A stretch of 64,000 nt of DNA from assembly GCA_965248445.1 (NCBI GenBank), contig CBDFJG010000004.1, positions 960,001 through 1,024,000 on the forward strand, in the 5' to 3' direction. Source of the stretch: Planctomycetota bacterium (GTDB taxonomy: Bacteria > Planctomycetota > JAJSAM01 > JAJVHW01). The notes under the pieces are model-generated. The model was not told where the DNA came from, searched no databases, and saw only the letters and a program-made list of their open reading frames with translations. Shown piece after piece: positions 28,101 to 35,295 of the stretch (position 1 is its first letter; each line of letters starts with the position of its first letter). A program made the translations under genes and the position numbers.

Positions 28101-29058
28101 CGAGAAGCACGTCTGCAGAAACGAACCGGTCCTCCGGCTCCTTCTGCATGAGGGTGTCGATGACCTCTGCCAGGAACGGCGAGACGTCTTCGCATACGCT
28201 GTCGGCCCGGCGCGGCCGCTCGGCCATGTGCGCGCGGACGACGGACGCGAGATCGCTGCTCCGGAACGGAAGCCGTCCAGTCACGAGCTGGTAGAGCGAG
28301 ACGCCCAACGAGTAGAGGTCCGACGAGTAGTCCGTCGTGCCGCCGCCGAAACGCTCGGGCGCGGCGTACGCGACCGACCCTGTGAACTGGCCGATGCGCG
28401 TGATCTCCTCGTCGTCGCCGGAGAGCCGCGCGATGCCGAGGTCCATGATCCGGACGCGCTGTCCGTGGGTGACGAGGATGTTCGACGGCTTGATGTCGCG
28501 GTGCACCACGTTCGCGGTGTGGATCGCGGAGAGTCCTTCGGCGACCTGGATCGCGATCTCGTGCACCAGCGCCTCGGGGAGGCGGGTGAGCCGGACGAGC
28601 ATCTCCTTGAGCGTCGTCCCCTCGACGAGCTCCATGACCAGGTACGTCACCTGCCGGTCGTTCAGCTTGAGTGTGCCGAGGTCGAGAGCGCGCACCACGG
28701 CCTCGTGCATGATCTCGCCGCCGAGGACCGCCTCGCGCAGGAACCGCTCGCGGTACTCGGCGCTGCCGTGCAGTTCGTGGTGCAGCACCTTGATCGCGAC
28801 ACGCGTGCCGACCGGCACGTTCGCCGACTCGTCCACCGCGCGTCCGACGTAGACCGATCCCATGCCGCCGGACCCCAGGTGGCTGAGCACGGAGTACGCA
28901 CCGAAGCGTGCGCCCGCGAGGTCGAGTTCTTCGCCCGTCCGCTCCGGCCGCGCGGACCGGGCGCCCCGCGGTCCGTCGCCCTTGCGGCGACCGCGGGGCG
29001 GTGAATCGGCGGCTGCCGCTTCGTCGTGCTCGGTCGTGGGATCGGTGGGTTCGGTCAT
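25192..29058 (-). CDS. Ser/Thr kinase - AAA/STAND ATPase - TPR protein
   Basis: GSGGMG, VAIK, HRDIKPSN, DLG; Walker A GEPGVGKT, Walker B IIDDLH; TPR-like C-terminus; alternative GTG 29070. Confidence 0.92.
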   Translation of the reverse strand: MTEPTDPTTEHDEAAAADSPPRGRRKGDGPRGARSARPERTGEELDLAGARFGAYSVLSHLGSGGMGSVYVGRAVDESANVPVGTRVAIKVLHHELHGSAEYRERFLREAVLGGEIMHEAVVRALDLGTLKLNDRQVTYLVMELVEGTTLKEMLVRLTRLPEALVHEIAIQVAEGLSAIHTANVVHRDIKPSNILVTHGQRVRIMDLGIARLSGDDEEITRIGQFTGSVAYAAPERFGGGTTDYSSDLYSLGVSLYQLVTGRLPFRSSDLASVVRAHMAERPRRADSVCEDVSPFLAEVIDTLMQKEPEDRFVSADVLLGVLREGEDSDWWAARESIVRSAGRFAQRIPIRRDAELCGREEEFGGLKKLWSRAVKGRGAVVELTGEPGVGKTRLVDSLALSIEEPDAQVLYGSFPPGSPRDAIVDSLVAHLGTADLEQRLSTLIASDDLAPMLVEHLKQSHRNSGATSDAGTVLEGLLVELMRGLANEAPLLWIIDDLHFANADAHRQILALARAVADSPILLVTTARTSTTEMFSGKLQLLDHLERVNLSRLSPRAIIELVRDALGNHVMADRIGAEIAFKSDGVPFFAVEMIRALEENDNVERLPDGSLEETTRVDKIGVPTAVRALIETRLTDLEPEDRNLLDLAAVLGFEFDADALAQSFGVPRIHVLQRLAGIARQTQVVRPSGRLFRFDHHQIHEVVYADLHEALLEEYHALAAQYVCAAHGASLDAPDDIAPDVAVMLVRHALRGPDPATVADLAPMVCDRLEKAHRYADAHELSTLMLDREAVREGYAHANALRQSGVLLRSLGRLDEAISSVKQAIDLAGSCESAQLLSQCYCELASLSLTIGAVDDAVAAAEFAIESYDDDTRAGIKAFAHQLLGDACMYRGQSAEALGHFKTGSTICIDADERPAIPDSLLALGRARLRLGDPQKCIEFSRQAMQIAREVERPVKVADCLGLIAVGILELGRPLEALPHLRKQMEVLQRVGARDRLCIATSNVAAALFESGQCARSLPYFARQLQLARELGDRARELTGRVNLSMVHASLGHIPEAIEFADSATALAVEVDLPPRSAIAHTTHSSLFRLLGRADLAAVEAEAAQNLGAKIGDAWITGMSIIEIARVRLDLGERDAAHALLARAVEMFHKSNNAAFECQARVLLGRIALESGDRESAVKELRAALELGATAERADSVILATALLVAAGDRTTDEAEARFREYTERLGIPSRIEAHYVMYKACRDATHLHAAHALLTQLAGVTPTEYRDSLLRGNPVHAAVCRAHDEIK

Positions 29059-29233
29059 GGCACGCGGCACCGCGCCCGCACGCGGGGCGCGCGCGGACTG
29101 CCATGGGAACCATCGGGAACTGGGCCGTTCGGACGTGAGTTCAGGCTCCGGTCAGGCTCATCTGATTGCCCTGCGAGAGAGCCTGGTCGCAACGCGAGAG
29201 ATTCGTCCGTGAACCGTCGATCGGTGCGCCCCC

Positions 29234-29263
29234 TTGACCGGCTCGCATCGGGGAACCTATCGT
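29234..29263 (+). promoter_or_regulatory. Sigma70-like promoter for the small Thr-rich gene
   Basis: TTGACC, 18 nt spacer, TATCGT. Confidence 0.5.
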
Positions 29264-29354
29264 CTGTAGTTGGCGGTGGATCCAGCCCCCGAGGCTCGTC
29301 GCGCAGGGCGGCGCGACCCGGGCAGCGGAGTCCGCAAGATGGAGGGTGGTAGAT

Positions 29355-29666
29355 ATGAGTTGGAAGACAACGACCGTTCCGGGTCTCTGGACGGACCCGC
29401 AGCACCAGCACCCGATGACGGTGGAGCAGGCGCTCACACACGTGAAAACGCAGTGCGAGCAGGTTCAGCCGTCGAGCACTCAGCTCGTGCCGAACCCGGC
29501 AACCACGGCGGCTCAGCTCTCGGGTAATGCGTTCACCGCGGAGAACCACACGCTGGCGCCGGCGCACACAACGACCGCGCTCACCAACGTCAAGAAGGCG
29601 TACGACAACACCGGCAGCGACTGGGGCAAGGTCAAAGCGGGTCTCGACTCGATCATCGGCAGCTAG
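29355..29666 (+). CDS. Small Thr/Gln-rich hypothetical protein (103 aa, no Arg)
   Basis: SD GGAGGG, strong GC3 codon bias, upstream promoter-like element. Confidence 0.8.
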   Translation: MSWKTTTVPGLWTDPQHQHPMTVEQALTHVKTQCEQVQPSSTQLVPNPATTAAQLSGNAFTAENHTLAPAHTTTALTNVKKAYDNTGSDWGKVKAGLDSIIGS

Positions 29667-31335
29667 CCCGAATCGTTCACCAGCCGGGAATCTGAGCGGG
29701 CCGTCGTCTGTCTAAGTGCTCGTACTCGCTAGTACTTGCACCGACAGGAGCGCCGGCCCGATGACGACAGACTGTAGCCCGCAGGGGACCCTCTTCGCGG
29801 GCATCTGTGGACGCACCGCGGTGACGCGCTTCGACGCCGGTACCGTGACGAGCGACGGGGGCGTGCTGCTGCTCGAGCGGGTCGATCGTCGCATCGATCT
29901 GCTCTCGCGGTTTGCGCGCTGCTTCGGGGACCACCGGGACCCGCGTCGGGTCGAGCACACGGTCGGCCAGATGCTGCGTCAGCGGGTCTTCGGGCTGTGC
30001 GCGGGCTACGAGGATCTGGTGGACCACGACCATGTCGGCAAGGACCCGCTGTTTGCCGCGGCGTGCGGCAAGCGCGAGGGTGCTCTGGCCACGCACCCGA
30101 CGCTCTCGCGGCTCGAGACCACGCAGCTCGGCGCCACGGCACAGACGCGCTACGCCAAGATCGAGATGGACCAGGAGCGCGTGGACAGCGTGCTCAGCGA
30201 CGTCTTCTGCGAGGCCATGGGGCCGGAGGATCCGGGCCTGCTCGTGCTGGACCTGGACCACTCCGACGTGCGGCTGCACGGCCGGCAGGAGGGCCGCTTC
30301 TTCCACGGCTACTACGGGCACTACTGCTACCTGCCGCTGTACGTCTTCTGCGGCGAGCACCTCTTGCTCGCTCGGCTCCAGACCGCTGACAGAGATCCCG
30401 CGCGCGGAGTCGTGGACGAGCTCCGTGCGCTGGTCTTACGTCTGCGGCGCCGCTGGCCCCGGGCCAAGGTGCTCGTGCGCGCAGACTCGGGCTTTTGCCG
30501 CGAGGAGCTGATGGCCTGGTGCGAGGCCGCCGGCCACTTCTACCTGCTGGGCATGGCGCGCAATGAGCGCCTTGAGCGACACGTCGAAGACGCGCTCGAT
30601 GAGGCCGCAGCCCGTGCCGTGCAGACCGGCCGAGCAGCCCGGGTCTTTCGCGACTTTGCCTGGACCACGCTGGGGAGCTGGAGCCAGAGGCGTCGCGTGG
30701 TCGCCAAGGCCGAGCACCTGCCGGGCGGCAAGCGCAATCCCCGCTTCGTGGTGACCAATCTGCCGCCTCGTAGCTGGAGCAGCAAGCGTCTCTACGAGCA
30801 GCTCTACTGCGCCCGGGGCGAGGCGGAGAATCGCATCAAGGAGCAGCAGCTCGAGCTCTTCGGCACCCGTCTGTCGGTGCACACGATGCAGGGCAACGCC
30901 GTGCGGATGGCCATGTCGGCCATGGCCTACGTCCTGACCTGTGCGCTGCGACGCATCGGTCTCGCCGGCACCGAGATGGCGCGTGCGCAAGCCGGCACGA
31001 TCCGCCTGCGGCTGCTCAAGATCGGCGCGCTCGTGCGGATCACGACGCGCCGGATCTGGGTCTCGATGTCCTCGTCGTGGCCCTGGCAGCACGTCTTCGA
31101 GCGCTGCGCGCAACGACTGCTGGCATCCCCGAAGCCGACCTGACGTCCCGCCGCGCCGTCCGCCACACCACCGCCCGGCCTACGGTCTGCCCACACCGCA
31201 GAATCCGCGCCGTTTCGGCCGCTCACTCGCGTTGCCCTTGTGGCAACGACGACAGCATCCGCCCTCGCCTGGCCAAGATCTGACCCTGTGGACTCCGAAA
31301 GCACCGTCATCGCGACGTCTCGTGAACAGATGCGG
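29667..31335 (+). mobile_element. IS1380-family insertion sequence (element 2, distinct from element 1)
   Basis: Imperfect IRs CCCGAATCGTTCACCAG / CCGCATCTGTTCACGAG; CTAG direct repeats at 29663-29666 and 31336-31339. Confidence 0.88.
29761..31143 (+). CDS. IS1380-family DDE transposase
   Basis: TSDGG, TLSRLE, LDLD, HGRQEGRFFHGYY, RADSGF, YCARGEAENRIKE. Confidence 0.95.
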   Translation: MTTDCSPQGTLFAGICGRTAVTRFDAGTVTSDGGVLLLERVDRRIDLLSRFARCFGDHRDPRRVEHTVGQMLRQRVFGLCAGYEDLVDHDHVGKDPLFAAACGKREGALATHPTLSRLETTQLGATAQTRYAKIEMDQERVDSVLSDVFCEAMGPEDPGLLVLDLDHSDVRLHGRQEGRFFHGYYGHYCYLPLYVFCGEHLLLARLQTADRDPARGVVDELRALVLRLRRRWPRAKVLVRADSGFCREELMAWCEAAGHFYLLGMARNERLERHVEDALDEAAARAVQTGRAARVFRDFAWTTLGSWSQRRRVVAKAEHLPGGKRNPRFVVTNLPPRSWSSKRLYEQLYCARGEAENRIKEQQLELFGTRLSVHTMQGNAVRMAMSAMAYVLTCALRRIGLAGTEMARAQAGTIRLRLLKIGALVRITTRRIWVSMSSSWPWQHVFERCAQRLLASPKPT

Positions 31336-31369
31336 CTAGCTGCACACACGCGGCTTCGGCGAGTCCACC

Positions 31370-31402
31370 AAGCGGCCCGCGCGCACATGGCGCGGGCCGC
31401 TT
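31370..31402. terminator. Probable terminator hairpin between convergent genes
   Basis: Perfect 13-bp stem AAGCGGCCCGCGC / GCGCGGGCCGCTT with a 7-nt loop. Confidence 0.7.
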
Positions 31403-31413
31403 CTCGTTGGCGT

Positions 31414-34400
31414 CTACGGAGACCAGGCCTGCTGGAGCGTCTCCCGCAGTCGTGCGTCGTCGATCTCTGCAGCCAGCCGTCGCAGTAGCGTGGCCCTGCG
31501 ATCTCGGCGTACGGACGACGGATCGATCGAATCCAGATAGCGCAGCACGCCCAACTCAAGCCACACATGGCCCAAGAGCGCCGCCGCGGATCTGGCTGCA
31601 TTCGACGCGCGACCGGCATCCTCGAGGTCATCGTCGCGGCGATGAGCCTCCGCCCGCATCCAGTGCGCGACGATTCGGAGTTCCGCGCGAAGATCGCCGA
31701 CACTGTCGGCCGAGAGCGTGTCCGCAGCCGCGTGCAGATCGGCTGACGGACCCTTCGGATCGACGAAGGCCAGAGCGCCCGCCAGAGCTCGACTTAGAAG
31801 CACACGGACGCCCTCGTCGAGATCCGTTGCCGCCTCGAGAAGTGCCCGCATCCGCGCCCAAGCCGCGACACCCACGCCCAGTGGCGCGAGCAGAAGCAAC
31901 TCGAGCGCGAGCGCCTCCGGACTGTCACCCATGGCCGCGTTGGTCTCGAGTGCCCGCAGTATCTCGTGCTCCGCACCGGCCAGATCACCGGTGTAGGCAT
32001 GCAGTCGCGCGCGGGCCGCTGCGGCGTGCGCGATGCCGGTCTCGAATCCGACGCGCTCGGAGATGACGCCTGCCTCATCGACGTAGGCGCGGGACATCTC
32101 GATGCGTCCGACGGCGGAGAGCAAAGTGCCAGCGGTCAAGAGGCAGACCGCGAGTTGTTCCGGGGCATCCAGCGGGCGAGCGGCGGCGACGGCACCCTCC
32201 GCGACGTCGAGCGCCTCATCGACGTTGCCCAGCGCGTACTCGAGGTTGGCCAGGTACGTAGCGGCCATGGCTGCCCTGGCGCGCGCTCCCTCCAGTTCGA
32301 TGGTCCCGATCGCTTCTCTCAGGATCTGCCGTCTGCCGTCCAATCGGCCGATCGTCATCGCCGCATTCACGCTGTTGATCGTCGCGATCGCCGCGTTGAC
32401 GTTCTCGCCGAGCCGAGCGTAGGACTGAGCTGCCTCAGCGTAGTACTCCTCGGCGCGCGCGAAGTCTCCGCGGTGCTCTGCGAGCAATCCGAGTGTGTTT
32501 GCTTGCGCCGCGTGCTGGCTCTCCATCCCGAGTTCGAGAAACAGCTCGTCAGCGAGGAGCGCATGGCGCTCTGCGCTCTCCAGGTCGCCACGCCGCCTCG
32601 CGAGGAGACCGAGACAATGGTGCGTGACGCCCAACTCGCGTCCGCGTGGCAGCCTCTCCACGGCGACCTCGAGCGAGCTCTTGTCGTTTTCGTCCAACGC
32701 CCCCGTCTCGTGGCGTCGCAGAATGCGCTGCACACTCACGCGAGCGGCCAGGGTCGCGTCCTCCGCGCGCTCCGCCGCTGCGTTGAGAATCGTCAGCACC
32801 TGCTCGGAGTCCACCTCGCGGCCGACGGACGCCAATGTTCCGGAGATTGCCGCGAAGTCGGAACCATGGCGCGCGATCAGCTCCAAGTCGGGCGTGTCAT
32901 CGAGGATGTGACTCCGGTCGAAGAGCTCGATCGCCCGCCGCTGCTCGTTGCGCTGTGCGGCATGGCAGGCTGCCTGGATCAAGTGCGGCTGCGCCCGCGT
33001 CAGGTCTCCCGCCTGCTCCCAGTGCGTACCGAGTCGCTCGGATTCGACGCCCTCCTCGCCCTCAAGGTGCTCCGCGAGCGTCGCGTGCAGCAGTTGCCGC
33101 AACTCCGGCGCCGTCTGCTGATAGAGCAGGTCCCGCAGCATGGGATGGTCGAAGTGGTAGCCCTGCTCCGTCGACGTGACGAGCCCGCCCTGACGGCAGA
33201 GCTTCTGCAGGCGGCGCAGCACCTTCATCCGCGAGATCTCGAGGACCGCCGCGAGCGTCCCGCCGTCGAAGCTGACGCCGTCCACCGCGGCGGCTTCCAG
33301 GAGTTCGCGGTCGTCGTCGTCGAGTGAGTCGAGACGCCGCGCGAACAGCTCGTTCAGTCCCGCCGGCAGCGAGCGCTCGTCCCACGCGGCCGTCGCATGC
33401 CACACCTCGCCGTCCGAGACGATCGCTTTCGTCATCTGCAGGTGCCGAAACAACTCCAGCGCGAGCAGCGGGTTGCCACCGGATCGCCGCGCGATCCGCT
33501 CGGCGATCCGAGGCTGCACCTTCGCGCCCTCGGCGCGGTCCTCGAGCAGGCGGAAGATGTCCTCGCGGGACATCGCGCTGAGTTCGATCGCCTCGACGGC
33601 CTGCACACCCTCCGGCCGGCCCACCGATGCGGAGCCGTCGGGCAGCGGGCGACGCGCCACGAGCAGCAGGAACCGGTCGCTGGCGAGGCGCTGCGTCAGG
33701 TCACGCAGCAACGTGACGTCGTCCTCGTTGAGCAGGTGCGCGTCGTCCACGGCGAGACACAGCGGGAACTCTCCCGCGATCCCGCGCAGCAATTGCTCAA
33801 TGGCCGCCAGCGTCTGCTCACGGCCCTGCACGTCGAGATCGGCGCCCGGTTGCAACATCAGCCGCAGCACAGGCAGCGCCTGGCCGAATGAACCGCCGGT
33901 CAGACCGTCTTCGAGCGCCTCGTCGGTTCCGCCGGGACCGACGCGCTCGCGGGCGGCTGCCAGGAGCGGTCGGAGCAGTCCGCTCGTCGGCGTGATCGCG
34001 AGGGGCAGCCATCCGACGCCGAACGGCTTCGCGACGACCGAGGCCTCCTCAAGGAGCGCCGACTTGCCCGCGCCGGCATCTGCGACGAGCGAGATCAGCG
34101 CAGCGCGTTCGGTCGCCACAACACTCTGGAACGTGGCGACGATCTTCCCGATCTCCGCCGTCCGCCCGAATAGCCGGCCTGAGCCAAGCGCGCCGGCCGG
34201 CTGAAGCGTCACGACGGTGCTGCGCCGCGCAATGCGATCGAGGTTGGCCAGGAGCTGCGCCGCTGACCGCGCGCGGTCCTCCGGCTGCTTGGCGAGGCAC
34301 TTGGCCAGGATCCCCCCGAAACGCGCCTGCAGGTCGGGACGCAGAGGCGGCGGGGGATTGTGGAGCACGGCGCGGATCAGCGCGGGCAGCTTCTCGTGCG

Positions 34401-35070
34401 CGTACGGCAGCTCGCCCATCAGCATCTCGTGGATCAGGATGCCGGTCGCCCACAGATCCGTCTGCACGCTGGCTTCCTTGCCGATGAACAGATCCGGCGC
34501 CATGTACCAGGGCGTCCCCACAAGACTGCCCTTCACCTCGCCCGCGAGAATCGACACGCCGGCGACGAGCGCGAGACCGAAGTCCGCGAGTTTCACCAGG
34601 TTGTCGGACCCGAGTAGCACGTTGCCTGGCTTGATGTCGCGGTGCAGCACGCCGCGCTCGTGCGCGTCGCGCAGTCCCGTCAGGATGCCGCGGATGATCG
34701 GAACCGCCTGATCTGCGGAGACGCAGTCCCCTTGCGTAACGAGGTCGAACAGGGAACCGGAGTCCACGAACTCCATCTCGATCAGCCACTCACCGCCCGC
34801 ACCCTCGTGCACCGAGTAGAGCGTCACGATGTGGGTGCTCGGCAGCGACGCGATCACGCGCGCCTCGGACAGGAACGCCTCGCGCTCCGCTTCGCTGATG
34901 CCCTGCTCGCGCGGGAGCAGCACCTTGAGCGCCACCGGCCGGCCGATCAGCGTGTCCCGCGCCAGGAACACCGCGCCGAACGCCCCGCGCCCGAGTTCGG
35001 ACTCGAGGTAGAGGTTGCCCACGGTGTCCCCGACGACGAGGTCAACGCGCGGCGCAGCCGGATCGGTCAA
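31414..35070 (-). CDS. Ser/Thr kinase - AAA/STAND ATPase - TPR protein
   Basis: GRGAFG, VALK, HRDIKPGN, DFG, GTPWYMAP; Walker A DAGAGKS, Walker B AVDDAH; GGNPL; TPR-like C-terminus. Confidence 0.92.
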   Translation of the reverse strand: MTDPAAPRVDLVVGDTVGNLYLESELGRGAFGAVFLARDTLIGRPVALKVLLPREQGISEAEREAFLSEARVIASLPSTHIVTLYSVHEGAGGEWLIEMEFVDSGSLFDLVTQGDCVSADQAVPIIRGILTGLRDAHERGVLHRDIKPGNVLLGSDNLVKLADFGLALVAGVSILAGEVKGSLVGTPWYMAPDLFIGKEASVQTDLWATGILIHEMLMGELPYAHEKLPALIRAVLHNPPPPLRPDLQARFGGILAKCLAKQPEDRARSAAQLLANLDRIARRSTVVTLQPAGALGSGRLFGRTAEIGKIVATFQSVVATERAALISLVADAGAGKSALLEEASVVAKPFGVGWLPLAITPTSGLLRPLLAAARERVGPGGTDEALEDGLTGGSFGQALPVLRLMLQPGADLDVQGREQTLAAIEQLLRGIAGEFPLCLAVDDAHLLNEDDVTLLRDLTQRLASDRFLLLVARRPLPDGSASVGRPEGVQAVEAIELSAMSREDIFRLLEDRAEGAKVQPRIAERIARRSGGNPLLALELFRHLQMTKAIVSDGEVWHATAAWDERSLPAGLNELFARRLDSLDDDDRELLEAAAVDGVSFDGGTLAAVLEISRMKVLRRLQKLCRQGGLVTSTEQGYHFDHPMLRDLLYQQTAPELRQLLHATLAEHLEGEEGVESERLGTHWEQAGDLTRAQPHLIQAACHAAQRNEQRRAIELFDRSHILDDTPDLELIARHGSDFAAISGTLASVGREVDSEQVLTILNAAAERAEDATLAARVSVQRILRRHETGALDENDKSSLEVAVERLPRGRELGVTHHCLGLLARRRGDLESAERHALLADELFLELGMESQHAAQANTLGLLAEHRGDFARAEEYYAEAAQSYARLGENVNAAIATINSVNAAMTIGRLDGRRQILREAIGTIELEGARARAAMAATYLANLEYALGNVDEALDVAEGAVAAARPLDAPEQLAVCLLTAGTLLSAVGRIEMSRAYVDEAGVISERVGFETGIAHAAAARARLHAYTGDLAGAEHEILRALETNAAMGDSPEALALELLLLAPLGVGVAAWARMRALLEAATDLDEGVRVLLSRALAGALAFVDPKGPSADLHAAADTLSADSVGDLRAELRIVAHWMRAEAHRRDDDLEDAGRASNAARSAAALLGHVWLELGVLRYLDSIDPSSVRRDRRATLLRRLAAEIDDARLRETLQQAWSP

Positions 35071-35295
35071 TCAGTTCCCTCCGAGCCTGAAGGGACCGTC
35101 TCTCGCGGTCGGCGGCATTGTATTTGAGTCACTCGTGAGCCTCGCCGCCCAAACGCGCAGGCTCGACGCCGGGCTGTCTTCGGCCGCCGTCGGGCGTGTA
35201 TGCTCCCGCGCGATGGAATCCCGTCGGCGCACCGTTCCTGCGCGCACCGGTCGGTAGCGGCGAGCCGAGCAGCTCGCAGAGTGGAGGGCTCACCC

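Noticed and set aside
4901..31335. Composite transposon bounded by the two IS1380 elements
   Set aside because: The elements differ in sequence and each has its own CTAG duplication with coherent flanks, indicating independent insertions.
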